A stretch of 64,000 bases of DNA. Origin: Acidimicrobiia bacterium. Its GTDB lineage: Bacteria; Actinomycetota; Acidimicrobiia; Spongiisociales; ZC4RG35. The notes beneath the pieces were generated by a model, which was not told the DNA's origin, did not search any database, and saw nothing but the letters and a program-made list of their open reading frames with translations. Each line of letters starts with the position of its first letter. The stretch's first letter is position 1. Of this stretch, positions 51,536 to 61,843 are shown one piece after another. The translations under genes were made by a program, and so were the position numbers. Where the stretch lies: contig CBDBCY010000004.1 of the NCBI GenBank assembly GCA_965203555.1, positions 896,001 through 960,000 of the forward strand, given 5' to 3'.

Positions 51536-51647
51536 CACCGGCGGACTCTCATCCAGATTACGATAGACACCCCGGCCTGACCGCCGCGAAAACCCACATC
51601 CGGGATGAGACGCCATAAGACCCCGGACACGGTACGGATCTCGGCGG

Positions 51648-51940
51648 GTGAACGGCGACCCTGATTCTTGTGCCCTCTCTTACCAGACCGGGCTCAGGAC
51701 TATCGATCAGCAGGTGGCCACTATCGAGGAGACTCGAGATCGAGCCGGGAAACTGCTTTCGGCCGCCACATTTGCAGTAAGCCTCTATCTCATCGCCCTG
51801 CAGAACTTCCGTGACGAGATCAACAACATCGACGCGCCGGGATACGTCGGAGGGGGCCTGGCAATAACAGGTTTCTTAGGCGTGGTAGTTGCGCTTGGAA
51901 CGCAATCCTTGCTGGATTGCCCGCAAACGTCGATTACCCG
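51648..51940 (+). pseudogene. Probable 5' fragment of a 2-TM hypothetical protein
   Basis: Helical IDQQVATIEETRDRAGKLL then two TMs; frame then runs antisense into the MFS 3' end. Confidence 0.4.
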
Positions 51941-51947
51941 GCTTCCC

Positions 51948-53141
51948 TCACGAATAGACCAGCCTGCGCAGCCACCTCCGGAGAGGGCGCCAAGTCACGG
52001 CGGCGAGGGCGGTGATCAGCGCGGTGATCAGAAATGACGATCGAGGACCTACTACATCGGTGACAAGCGATGCAGCGGGAGGCCCGACCATTTGAGCGAT
52101 CCTCACTCCCGTCACCAAGGTCAGAAACACCAGTCCCCGATAGGCCAGGGAAACCGAGGCAATGGCGTCCCGCTGCGCCAGGGTGTAAACCAGCCCGAAC
52201 CCCGCGCCGCTGGCCCCCAGACCCGCGGCCACCACCGCAGGAGAACCCGCCGCGAACACCAGGGCAAGGCCGATGGACATCAACCAGATGCCAACGCTCA
52301 TCACCCGACCGGATATCCGTCCCGAAAACATCCGCACCACCACCAGGGTGGTAACTATGGCGCCCACCTGGAAGGCTGAGATCACCACCCCCCGCAGGGC
52401 GCTCCCCGTTCCGAACACCTCCTCCAGGAGCAATGGAATGGCAGTGAACGAAATCCCGTGGAGCACCACCATGGACAGGATGCTCACGGCTATCAATCCC
52501 AACGTATCCACTCCGGTTTGGCGACGGTGCATGTCTTGGCGAGCCTCCCGGGCGTGCCGGAAGGGAGAAGAGGCGGTTCCCTTGGGCCGTCCAATCGCCA
52601 ACCGGAGCGACCAGATACCGATGGGTACTCCCAGCAGGTAGAGCAGAAAAGGGCGAAAGACACCACCTGCGGCCAGGACACCCGAAGCGACGGGAATGAC
52701 CATCTGGATTATGTAGATCATGGCAAGGTTCAGCGCCAGCGCCCGGGTACGGTCCCTCTCGTCTTCCATCAGTTCGCCGATCAAAGCGATTGCCAACCCC
52801 AGAATCCCCGAGGTTCCCAATCCCTGCAACATCCGCAGCCCGAGCAGCACGGCAAAGGAGGAAGCGAAGAAACCCGCCGCCCCGAACACGGTGAAGAAGG
52901 TCAAGCAGGTGAGCACCACCCTCCTCGCTCCGAAACGGTCCGCCAGAAAACCGATCAGAGCCGAACAGAGTATCCCCGGAATCACCGCCGCACCCTGCAC
53001 CCAACCAATCGCGGCGACGGACACTTCCAACGCTTCGGCCAATTCGGGAAGGGCGGGCGGCAGCACGGACAGGTGAGTACTTCCGAAACAACTGAGGGTT
53101 ATCAGCAGAACCAGTTGTTCCCTCCGTGACCTCGGGCTCAT
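51948..53141 (-). CDS. MFS transporter, copy B (paralogue of 49416..50609)
   Basis: Shared PALPELAEAL, GWVQGA, FRPFL, AQRDAIAS, VGPRSSFL; same length. Confidence 0.9.
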   Translation of the reverse strand: MSPRSRREQLVLLITLSCFGSTHLSVLPPALPELAEALEVSVAAIGWVQGAAVIPGILCSALIGFLADRFGARRVVLTCLTFFTVFGAAGFFASSFAVLLGLRMLQGLGTSGILGLAIALIGELMEDERDRTRALALNLAMIYIIQMVIPVASGVLAAGGVFRPFLLYLLGVPIGIWSLRLAIGRPKGTASSPFRHAREARQDMHRRQTGVDTLGLIAVSILSMVVLHGISFTAIPLLLEEVFGTGSALRGVVISAFQVGAIVTTLVVVRMFSGRISGRVMSVGIWLMSIGLALVFAAGSPAVVAAGLGASGAGFGLVYTLAQRDAIASVSLAYRGLVFLTLVTGVRIAQMVGPPAASLVTDVVGPRSSFLITALITALAAVTWRPLRRWLRRLVYS

Positions 53142-53386
53142 CTCACACCGGACGCCCTCGTCAAACCCATCGCCAAGATCACGCGTCATCTGTCTTCCGG
53201 TAGGCCGGCGTCACCCCGACCATTATCCCGCCGACAAAGCGAGTCGATCAGTCACCGGCAAGCCTTCATCCCGCCCACAATAGACGCCCAGGCCGGAGCC
53301 CGGAAAGCAGTTGCTCACCCTGCGCCTGAAAGTCCCGAAGGCAGCCACCTCGGTAATCTTCCGCGCAAGCAGGTGAAGGATCGCGC

Positions 53387-54388
53387 TTGAAGGCTGTTGC
53401 AACTACGGGACCGGGACGGATTGGACTGGTGGAAGTGCCTTCGTCGCGGGTGGGAAACCGGACACTGGTACGCCTGGAAAGAGCGGGCATATGCGGAACG
53501 GACCTCAAAATCGTGGACGGGACCCCTGTGGTCGACTACCCGCGAGTGCTGGGGCATGAACTGGTGGGAACCGTTGCCGCAGCGGGGTCGGGCGGGAAAA
53601 TCCCCGCTGGAGCGAGGGTCCTGGTCAATCCGGGGATACACTGCGGGTCCTGCCATCTGTGTCTCAAGGACCTGGCCCACCTCTGCCACCGGGGCGGACT
53701 GCTGGGAAGGGACTTCGATGGAGTGTTCGCAGAAACCCTGGCAATCGACGAACATTTCCTGCACGTTGTTCCCGATCTCGTGGCAGCCGACGACGGTGGG
53801 CTCTTGCAGGTGTTGGGTACGGTGGTCCATGCCCAACAGACAGTTGCAGTCTCGACCGAAACGGTGGCGGTCGTGATCGGACTGGGTGTGTCCGGTTTGC
53901 TGCATCTCCAGCTTCTGGGCGAACGCGGCGCGGGCAGAGTGATCGGCGTTACCCGGTCCCGCTGGAAACTGGAGTTGGCCCGAAGCCTGGGGGCCTATGC
54001 CGTGGCACCTCCCGACGAGGCGGCGGAGGTGGTGGCCGAAGTGTCCGAAGGTAGAGGCGCCGATCTGGTCATCGAGTCGGTGGGGACGGAAGCAACAGTG
54101 GCCCAGGCGATTGAACTGGCCGGATCCGGCGGAGATGTGATCGTCTATGGCACAGTCACAGGCACCGGGAAAAGCATCCCCTACTACCAGCTGTATTTCA
54201 AGGAATTGACACTCCACAACCCGAGAGCCGCCCGACCCGGGGATTATGACACCGCCATCGGTCTGGCTGCGGAGGGGCAAATCCAACTGGGTCCGCTCGT
54301 TACCACCCGCTACCCGTTGGAGGAAGCCGCAGCGGCCTTCGCCGCCGCCCGCAGCGGCAACCATCTCAAGGTTCTTCTGACACCCTGA
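53387..54388 (+). CDS. Zn-dependent medium-chain dehydrogenase
   Basis: GICGTD, GHE, CGSCHLC..LC, GLGVSG. Confidence 0.9.
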   Translation: MKAVATTGPGRIGLVEVPSSRVGNRTLVRLERAGICGTDLKIVDGTPVVDYPRVLGHELVGTVAAAGSGGKIPAGARVLVNPGIHCGSCHLCLKDLAHLCHRGGLLGRDFDGVFAETLAIDEHFLHVVPDLVAADDGGLLQVLGTVVHAQQTVAVSTETVAVVIGLGVSGLLHLQLLGERGAGRVIGVTRSRWKLELARSLGAYAVAPPDEAAEVVAEVSEGRGADLVIESVGTEATVAQAIELAGSGGDVIVYGTVTGTGKSIPYYQLYFKELTLHNPRAARPGDYDTAIGLAAEGQIQLGPLVTTRYPLEEAAAAFAAARSGNHLKVLLTP

Positions 54389-54464
54389 TTGCAATTGCCC
54401 GACGGTCAGTCGATATCGTGCCCCACGGGTATGATTTCCCAGCAATCGAGCTAAGGAAAAGCGC

Positions 54465-55703
54465 ATGCGGGAAGCCTTCGGGGTATTGAGCACCGACTGG
54501 AAAGAAGGGATCAACTGGGACGCCGTCCGAAAGTGGCGATTGAAACGAGCCCACGAAGCGATGAAACGTTACGGACTCGGCGCCCTGTTGCTGTTCTACG
54601 ACGAGAACATGCGTTATGTCTCATCGACCCTCACCCCGGGCTGGAACCGACTCAAGCCCGGTCTTCGTTATGTGGTGCTGATCGAGGACCAGCCGCCGAT
54701 CGTGTACGAGCAGGGTGACCTGGGATTCCACCTGGAAGTCCACAATCCCTGGATCCCCAAGGAGAACATCCGCTACTCGTACGCATGGATCAAGGGCGCG
54801 GTGGGACCGGCCTCCACCCAGCAGGTGAACAAATTCACCAGGGCACTGATCGACGACCTCGAGGCAGCCGGAGTCAGGGACAAGCCTCTTGGCGTGGACT
54901 TCATCGACATCAATCTGATCAAGGTCTTCCAGCAGCAAGGCATCGAGTGGACCGACGGCATGACGCCGATGATGGAAGCTCGCGCCATCAAGAGTCCCGA
55001 CGAAGTGAAGGCATTTTCCATGGTGGGATCGATCTGCGATTACGTCCACTACGAGATCACCAACTTCATCAAGCCGGGGATGACCGAGAACCAGGTGGCG
55101 GCGTTCGGGTTCGAGAAACTGTATTCCATACCGGGCATGGAGGACGTGGAGGACGTGATCGTTTCGTCAGGGCCCAATGCCTGGCCCAACTGGCGTAACT
55201 TCTCCGACCGGATGATCCGCCCCGGCGAATTGGTGATCGTCGACCTGGCCGCCCTCACCTGGAACGGATTCAAGAGTTGCGTGTACCGCACCTACTGCGT
55301 GGGCGGCAGTCCGACCGATGAGATGCAGGCCGTGTACGACGAAGCGCACACTTGGCTGTGGGACTCGATCGAGGCCACCCGACCGGGGGTCAGCACCGCC
55401 GACGTGGCATCCAAGTGGCCGAGCGCCCGGGAGATCTGGGGATACGAGGAGGAGGACCAGGCGGCGGCCAACCTCTGGGGCCACGGTCTGGGCCTTGCTC
55501 AGTACGACCCACCGGTAATCTCCCGCATCTGGTCCCTGGATCATCCGGTGGAGATCCAACCCGGGATGACCTTCGCTCTGGAAACCCAGCACGGAAAACT
55601 CCACAGATTCGGGGTCCGTCTGGAGGAGATGCTGTACGTCACCGCCACGGGCATCGAAATGGTGTCCACCTATAAATCTCACGAGATAATCGTCGTGGAC
55701 TGA
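54465..55703 (+). CDS. M24 (pita-bread fold) peptidase/hydrolase-like protein
   Basis: Creatinase_N-like start, ARAIKSPDE, GHGLG, PGMTFALE, VRLEEM. Confidence 0.85.
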   Translation: MREAFGVLSTDWKEGINWDAVRKWRLKRAHEAMKRYGLGALLLFYDENMRYVSSTLTPGWNRLKPGLRYVVLIEDQPPIVYEQGDLGFHLEVHNPWIPKENIRYSYAWIKGAVGPASTQQVNKFTRALIDDLEAAGVRDKPLGVDFIDINLIKVFQQQGIEWTDGMTPMMEARAIKSPDEVKAFSMVGSICDYVHYEITNFIKPGMTENQVAAFGFEKLYSIPGMEDVEDVIVSSGPNAWPNWRNFSDRMIRPGELVIVDLAALTWNGFKSCVYRTYCVGGSPTDEMQAVYDEAHTWLWDSIEATRPGVSTADVASKWPSAREIWGYEEEDQAAANLWGHGLGLAQYDPPVISRIWSLDHPVEIQPGMTFALETQHGKLHRFGVRLEEMLYVTATGIEMVSTYKSHEIIVVD

Positions 55704-55704
55704 C

Positions 55705-57408
55705 ATGCCGGAGGTGGCCCGCCTGGTCTGGCTCGACGAGGCGGACGCGCAGGACGCCGACTTGGTGGGAGCCAAGGCCAGTCGCTTGGCCACAGCCCGC
55801 GCCCGTGGTTTGCCGGTGCTCGACGGATTCGTGGTTCCGGTCGAAGTCTGCGTTCCGATCATCCGGGCAGGAGAAACCGTGCTCAGATCAACGAACAACT
55901 CCGGCGCGGCCAGATCGGCGGTCTATAACCATCCGCCACCCCCGCTGCTCCGGGATATTGCAGAAACGGCAAGGCAACTCGGCAATTCCCTGGTGGTGCG
56001 ATCATCGAGCCGGGCGGAAGCCGAGGGCATCTGGGCCGGGGCCTTCTCGTCATACCTGGGGATGGGACCCGAAGAACTTACTCAGGGGGTAATAGGCTGC
56101 TGGGCCTCGGTCTTCAGCCCTGGCACTCTGAAGCGGGGGGAGGTAACGGGGACCTCTCCACCCGAGATAGGAATGGCAGTGCTCATCCAGCCCGAGATTC
56201 GACCGACCTGGGGAGGAGTCGCCACCGCCGCAGATGACGGGAGGGTGAGGGTGGCCGGCGCTCGGGGACATCCCGCCGGCCTGGTGGCCGGTTGGGAGAG
56301 AGGGCACCTTGCCATCGTCAACGCCCGCGGTGACATCCCCGCAGATGGAGCACCTCTCGGTTCCCGGCTTCTCCGGGAGATCGCCGATCTGACCAGAGCC
56401 ACCGCGGAGAAGATCCAGTGCAATCACATCGAGTGGATAGAGGATCAAGAGGGAAGGCTCCATCTGGTCCAAGTTCAACCCAAGGTGGACTCCCGAGTCG
56501 ATCAGGTCAACCGCCCTCCACCCGACCCTGTCCAAGCGGCGGAGCCTTGGATGAGCGGTGCGCTCCGCATGATGATCCGGTACCCGGGCCCTGTGGGAGA
56601 GGAGCTTGTTTGGCCGTGGGCCGTCGGCCTCCAAGACCTCTCCCCCGCTCGGACCGGGCAAACCCGCAAGACCGTGGCAACTCTCATCAAGGACGTTCGG
56701 GAAGGGGCTGCCCTTCTGATGTCACAGCGTTGGGGTGGTACCGACTCCTCGACGAACCCTGACCGAGCCTGGTCGGCGTTGCGTCGCGGCGACTCCGCTC
56801 CACTCCGGGGCCTGATCTCCCGACATCGGTGGGTTGACCGGCGCTTCGCCGCCGAGCTTCTGAGCAATCTCCAGAAACTGGGGCAGGCACTTACCACTGT
56901 CGGTGTGATTCCCCACCCCGGCTGGATTTGGTACCTCGACCCGAGCAACTTGGACCAGCCGCCTCCTGACCGACATAGCCCCATGCGTCGGATCGGGACC
57001 ACGTTCTGGGACGCCTGGATGTATGGCGTGATAACTTCCCAAGATGAAAGCATCTCCGGAATCCCGGCGTCGCGGGGATGGGGTGTCGGCCGACTCAGAT
57101 TCATTGACAACGCCGATGGCGCCGCCTCGTTCTCTCCTCGAGAAGTCATCGCAACCTCGGCGCCGGTCGGCAACCTTGCCCCATTACTGTGGAACGCCGC
57201 CGGCCTCATCACGGCCGAGGGAAGCCCCGGAGCACACCTCTTCGAAGTGGCGGAGTGGCTTGCGGTTCCCGCCGTGTGTGGAGTTGACTTCAGGCACTGG
57301 CCCACGCCGGCCATGGGGCAATCACATGAAGGGGCGGATTTGATAGTGGCGGTGGACGGCGATCGTGGCCACATCACCCGGCTACCTTCAACACCTAAGC
57401 GGGCCTGA
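55705..57408 (+). CDS. PEP/pyruvate-binding (PPDK_N) plus swivelling phospho-His domain protein
   Basis: VGAKASRL, VRSSSRAE..AGAFSSYL, MAVLIQ, IEW..LHLVQ; GSPGAHLFEVA...VPAV. Confidence 0.8.
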   Translation: MPEVARLVWLDEADAQDADLVGAKASRLATARARGLPVLDGFVVPVEVCVPIIRAGETVLRSTNNSGAARSAVYNHPPPPLLRDIAETARQLGNSLVVRSSSRAEAEGIWAGAFSSYLGMGPEELTQGVIGCWASVFSPGTLKRGEVTGTSPPEIGMAVLIQPEIRPTWGGVATAADDGRVRVAGARGHPAGLVAGWERGHLAIVNARGDIPADGAPLGSRLLREIADLTRATAEKIQCNHIEWIEDQEGRLHLVQVQPKVDSRVDQVNRPPPDPVQAAEPWMSGALRMMIRYPGPVGEELVWPWAVGLQDLSPARTGQTRKTVATLIKDVREGAALLMSQRWGGTDSSTNPDRAWSALRRGDSAPLRGLISRHRWVDRRFAAELLSNLQKLGQALTTVGVIPHPGWIWYLDPSNLDQPPPDRHSPMRRIGTTFWDAWMYGVITSQDESISGIPASRGWGVGRLRFIDNADGAASFSPREVIATSAPVGNLAPLLWNAAGLITAEGSPGAHLFEVAEWLAVPAVCGVDFRHWPTPAMGQSHEGADLIVAVDGDRGHITRLPSTPKRA

Positions 57409-57553
57409 GCATGGAAACCCGGAAGCAAAACCATCACCTGGTTTAGCGGGAAGAATCAGAGGATTCTGTCATCAAAAGAGGTTGTGGGCCAAGCATCGGT
57501 GGAACGCTACGGGTAGCCTCTACTGGAGGGCCTTACCAGGAGGGACCTGACAT

Positions 57554-58579
57554 ATGCCTGAGGACCAAGTAAGAATTTCGCTGGAAGAAGTCCATCGGCT
57601 CACGGCGGCGGCCCTACGGGTCCACGGAGCATCTCCCGAGAACGCAGATGCCGTAGCTCAGACCATCACCGCCGCCGAGCGAGACGACTGCAAAGCTCAC
57701 GGGCTCTTCCGAGTGCCCTTCTATGTGAAGGGCCTGACCGACGGCAAAGTGAACGGAACGGCGGTTCCCGAGGTCCAGGACGTCTCTTCCGGCTTGGCGA
57801 GGGTCGATGCGCGCCGGGGTTACGCCCCGTTGGCGATCCGAATCGGCATCGAAGAGCTGGTGGGCAAGGCGAAGGCCAGCGGGATTGCCGCCGTCGCCAT
57901 CGTCAACTGTTATCACGTAGCAGCGCTGTGGCCCGAAGTGGAATGGTTGGCCGAACGTGGCTTCGTATCTTTCGCGTTCACCCAATATCTGTCATTCGTG
58001 GCCCCGGCCGGCGGGACCCAACGGGTCTATGGCACCAATCCGATGGCCTTCGGGTGGCCCCGAGACGGCGCTCCACCGCTGGTGTTCGACCAGGCCTCCA
58101 GCGCCAGTTCCCGGGGTGACCTGCTCCTCCACAATCGTGACGGGAAACCAATACCCCTCGGGTGGGCGATCGACACGGACGGCAACCCCACCACCGACGC
58201 GGCGGAAGGTCTGAAAGGCGCCCAGATGCCGTTTGGAGGATACAAGGGCGCGGCGCTGGCCCTGATGGTCGAACTTCTTGCCGGCGCCCTGATCGGTGCC
58301 CCATTCAGCTTCGAGGCCACCGAGATGGATCCTCGCGAAGACATGCCGCCACTGGGTGGAGAGTTGATCATGGCGATAGACCCGACCCACTTCCACACCG
58401 ATCCCCAAGATCCCCTCATCCACTCCGAGAAACTCTTCGGACAGGTGCTGAGCCAGGAGGGAACTCGCCTGCCTTCCGACCGGCGTTACGCGGCGCGCCA
58501 AGAAACGATCAAGAATGGGGTGGTGGTGCCTGGCGCCTTCTACCAGGCGTTGCAGGACATGGCGGCCGGAGTCGCCTGA
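57554..58579 (+). CDS. Ldh_2 family NAD(P)-dependent oxidoreductase (ComC/DpkA/AllD-like)
   Basis: AHGLFR, GTNPMAFG, FDQASS, PFGGYKG, RLPSDRR. Confidence 0.9.
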   Translation: MPEDQVRISLEEVHRLTAAALRVHGASPENADAVAQTITAAERDDCKAHGLFRVPFYVKGLTDGKVNGTAVPEVQDVSSGLARVDARRGYAPLAIRIGIEELVGKAKASGIAAVAIVNCYHVAALWPEVEWLAERGFVSFAFTQYLSFVAPAGGTQRVYGTNPMAFGWPRDGAPPLVFDQASSASSRGDLLLHNRDGKPIPLGWAIDTDGNPTTDAAEGLKGAQMPFGGYKGAALALMVELLAGALIGAPFSFEATEMDPREDMPPLGGELIMAIDPTHFHTDPQDPLIHSEKLFGQVLSQEGTRLPSDRRYAARQETIKNGVVVPGAFYQALQDMAAGVA

Positions 58580-58611
58580 CCGTCATTATTTCAAGCAGCC
58601 GGATGGAACGC

Positions 58612-59913
58612 CTACCGGTCTTCTGCGGTCGGGTGAAGGAGTTTGGGCGGAACGTGGACGCCGTCGCTGATCGTGCGGTCACCAAGCGGTCGGGACAGTT
58701 CGATGCTGACCGGAGTGGACGGATTGCCCTGGCAGGTGACCATCCGGTCGGAGGGCCGGATGGCCGCGAATGCGACCAGAACCGCGGTCTCGGTCTCCAC
58801 CACTTGGGGACCCACCAAGGCGTCGCCCATCTCCCGGCCGCTGGCGCAACCCACTTCGGTGACCATCAGGTGAATGGTGGTGCTGTCGGAACCGGGAAGC
58901 GAGTCCGGATCAAGGCGTACTTCGACCCGGCCGAGCCCGTCGGGAAGCGCCACGGTGGATTCGCAGGGAGGGCCCAGACCATACCCACTCAACCGCCACC
59001 CGTCGCCGCTGCGCTCGAACTGTGAGTAGCCGAATTCGTCCGGGAACAGGACCGCGAACGTGGCCCGGTCCTCATCGATGCTGATCACCACCCACCGTCC
59101 CCGTGGCAGCGGCTCGGGGCCCGGAGCGTCAAGTTCGGCGCGCAAGGCGTCCACCGCCGGATGGTCGACGTGGTCGATGGAGGGTGGCTCGACCAGTTGC
59201 GAGTAGCGCACCGGCGGTATATCTCGGCAGGTCACCAGAGGGTCCTCCACTTCCAGGTCGGGGATCACCCGCAGCGGCCCGCTGGGTGGCTCGGGAGTGT
59301 GGGAAACCGAAACGCATACGGCCCCCGGGTCCGGCACCAGCTCGGCGAGTTCGTCGAGGGTCCCCTCCGGTGGGTTCAGCAAGTCGACGCCCACCCGGTT
59401 CTGGGTAATGGACACCGTCGAGAACATCGACTCTGCGAAGTCCCGGCCGGCCACGGCGTCCATGACCTGCCCCTGGATCGCCTCCAGTTCTGCCTTGGTG
59501 TAACGCACCTGCACCACGTCGATCGTCACGTCCTCCGTAGACGGGAGCAAGGCCAGGATGGCATTCCGATGGGTGTCGGGATCGTCGGTGAACGCCACCA
59601 CGACCACCCGGTTGTCGCGGTCGATCCACCGCCCGCCGTAAGAGGCGGTGTGTTCATCGCGGTAGGCGCCCAGCACCTCCATAATGGCGTCAGGGTTCTG
59701 GCGGCCGCCGAGGTTGCCCTGCAAACCCGACGCCGCCGTTTCCACATCCTCGCAATGTTCAAGCCGCAACTCGTCCACCGACGCCACCCCCGCCGAGGAC
59801 CCTGACCCGGCAGCACCAGGATCAGGCTCGGTAGCGCAACCGGTGGCCAGCAACACCCCGGCCAGGAACATCACTGCAACCCTCACCTCAATCTTGCCAC
59901 CACCCGCCCGCAT
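58612..59913 (-). CDS. Hypothetical secreted lipoprotein
   Basis: Lipobox ATGC; YGGRWID; C-terminal CASG..VVETETAVLV..CQGNP..LSRPLGDRTISDG. Confidence 0.7.
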   Translation of the reverse strand: MRAGGGKIEVRVAVMFLAGVLLATGCATEPDPGAAGSGSSAGVASVDELRLEHCEDVETAASGLQGNLGGRQNPDAIMEVLGAYRDEHTASYGGRWIDRDNRVVVVAFTDDPDTHRNAILALLPSTEDVTIDVVQVRYTKAELEAIQGQVMDAVAGRDFAESMFSTVSITQNRVGVDLLNPPEGTLDELAELVPDPGAVCVSVSHTPEPPSGPLRVIPDLEVEDPLVTCRDIPPVRYSQLVEPPSIDHVDHPAVDALRAELDAPGPEPLPRGRWVVISIDEDRATFAVLFPDEFGYSQFERSGDGWRLSGYGLGPPCESTVALPDGLGRVEVRLDPDSLPGSDSTTIHLMVTEVGCASGREMGDALVGPQVVETETAVLVAFAAIRPSDRMVTCQGNPSTPVSIELSRPLGDRTISDGVHVPPKLLHPTAEDR

Positions 59914-60035
59914 CAAGCCGGCCCGGCGCCATCCCGGCACAAATCGCGGCCGACCAGGTCCCCCCGGACGGCTTGATCCTTCGGCGCCAAGATTCACCTG
60001 ACATCCCCGCGCCAAACAGCAGACACAGTAATCGC

Positions 60036-60887
60036 TTAACGCGTTCCCTGTTCGAAGGTATCACGCAGGCGCGGATCCAGGACATCACGCCCCGCGTCTC
60101 CGAGGGTGTTCAGCGCCCAGACACTGACGAAGATCAGAACGCCGGGAAAGGTCACCAGCCACGGTGTGAGGCGGATATAGCTGTAGCCCACTTGGAGAAG
60201 CGTTCCCCAGGAGGCCGAAGGTGGCTGCACGCTGAGACCGAGAAAGCCCAGCGACGCCTCCGTCAGGATGGCTACCGCCAGACCGAATGACACCTGGACG
60301 ATAACCGGCGAAACGATGTTGGGAAGGATGGTCCGCCGGAGCAAGGTTCCGGTCCTCACGCCAAGCGCAGTCGATGAAACCACGTAGAGACGTTCTTTCT
60401 CGACAACGACGGCGTTTCGGACAACTCTGATCAAGTAAGGCACGGTCATCAGCGCAATGGCAATCATCAAGGTTGTCAACGATGCTCCAAACAGCGCCAC
60501 GACCACCAGGCCGATAAGGATTCCCGGGAACCCCAGAAGGGCATCGGTGGTACGCATGATGATGCTGTCGACGATGCCTCCCAGCAAGCCGGCAATCATT
60601 GCCAGCGGGATGCCCGAGAGCACCGCCAGTATCTCTGCCGCCACCGCGATACCCAACGAAATTCGGGCACCGTGCGCCAGCAGGGTGACCATGTCCCGCC
60701 CCGTGTCGTCGGTTCCCAGCCAGAACCGGGCTGATGGACCGCTCAGCGCCGCGTCGGCGTGGATTTCTCTGGGACCGTAAGGGCTGACGAACGGCCATAT
60801 CAGAGCAAACACCGCGATAAGACCCAGCGTGATAGCCGCGGCGAGCGCCACGCGGTCTCGATTAACCATGGTCTTCCAAAAATTCAT
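60036..60887 (-). CDS. Peptide/nickel ABC permease (DppC-like)
   Basis: WLGTDDTGRD, HGARISL, ILPNIVSP, EASLGFLGL, PPSASWG. Confidence 0.92.
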   Translation of the reverse strand: MNFWKTMVNRDRVALAAAITLGLIAVFALIWPFVSPYGPREIHADAALSGPSARFWLGTDDTGRDMVTLLAHGARISLGIAVAAEILAVLSGIPLAMIAGLLGGIVDSIIMRTTDALLGFPGILIGLVVVALFGASLTTLMIAIALMTVPYLIRVVRNAVVVEKERLYVVSSTALGVRTGTLLRRTILPNIVSPVIVQVSFGLAVAILTEASLGFLGLSVQPPSASWGTLLQVGYSYIRLTPWLVTFPGVLIFVSVWALNTLGDAGRDVLDPRLRDTFEQGTR

Positions 60888-61828
60888 CTCAACCTCGGAT
60901 CGAGAATTCGATAAAGGACTTCAACGAGGAAATTGACCAGCAGGAATGCTGTCACGAAGAGAAGCAGGGCTGCCTGCAGGACCGGATAATCCCTCGCGGT
61001 AACGGCGTTGACCAGGAGCCACCCCAAACCCGGGAAGGCGAAGACCCATTCGATGAGCACAGCCCCGCCCATGAGGGTGCCGGCCTGCAAGCCAACGATG
61101 GTCAGAGCCGGCAGCAGAGCATTCCGCAATGAATGGACCCAGATGACCCGGCGACCGGACAGACCCTTGGCCCTCGCAACGTCGACGAACTGTTCCGAAA
61201 GCACGTCCAGCATGCTCGACCTCACGAACCTCATGGTGGGCGCTGCGAGGGTTATCGCAAGCGTCAGGGAAGGTAAGGCGATGTGCATGGCCCACTCACC
61301 GAGACCCTCGGTGGCTGAGACGTATCCGGACGCGGGAAAGATCTGAAACTGGATCGCTAGAACCAGAACCAATAGGATTCCCAGCCAAAACTGCGGTATC
61401 GCTATTCCCGCACTGACAAAACCGGTCAGGAACCTGTCGATCAGGCTTCCACGCCGAAGCGCCGCCAGCACCCCGCCCGGAACCGCGATGAAGACCGACA
61501 TGACCAGCGCCACGACCGCCAATTGCACCGAAGGCCAGATCTTCTCGGCAATGACCTGCTCGACAGGTAGCCCGTTCACCACCGAGTTTCCAAGCTCGCC
61601 TCTCACGATGTCGGTCAGCCAATTGCCGTACTGGACCAGGAGAGGATCGTTATAGCCGAGTCTCTCTCTGGCCGCGTCCAACTCTTCCATGGACACCCCG
61701 ATCTGACCGCCGTACATCGCCAGGACCGGGTCACCCGGCGCCAACCTCATCGCAAAGAAGAGAAGGGCCGACGCGATCAGCAGTACGGGAATCGCCTGGA
61801 GGAAACGCCGAACGGATGCCTTAAGAAT
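60884..61828 (-). CDS. Peptide/nickel ABC permease (DppB-like); start uncertain
   Basis: PGDP, ARAKGL, LRNALLP, RDYPVLQ, LDPRLR; frame open upstream of ATG 61750 as ILKASVRRFLQAIPVLLIASALLFFA. Confidence 0.9.
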   Translation of the reverse strand: MLKASVRRFLQAIPVLLIASALLFFAMRLAPGDPVLAMYGGQIGVSMEELDAARERLGYNDPLLVQYGNWLTDIVRGELGNSVVNGLPVEQVIAEKIWPSVQLAVVALVMSVFIAVPGGVLAALRRGSLIDRFLTGFVSAGIAIPQFWLGILLVLVLAIQFQIFPASGYVSATEGLGEWAMHIALPSLTLAITLAAPTMRFVRSSMLDVLSEQFVDVARAKGLSGRRVIWVHSLRNALLPALTIVGLQAGTLMGGAVLIEWVFAFPGLGWLLVNAVTARDYPVLQAALLLFVTAFLLVNFLVEVLYRILDPRLR

Positions 61829-61843
61829 CTTGACGCCGCCTTT

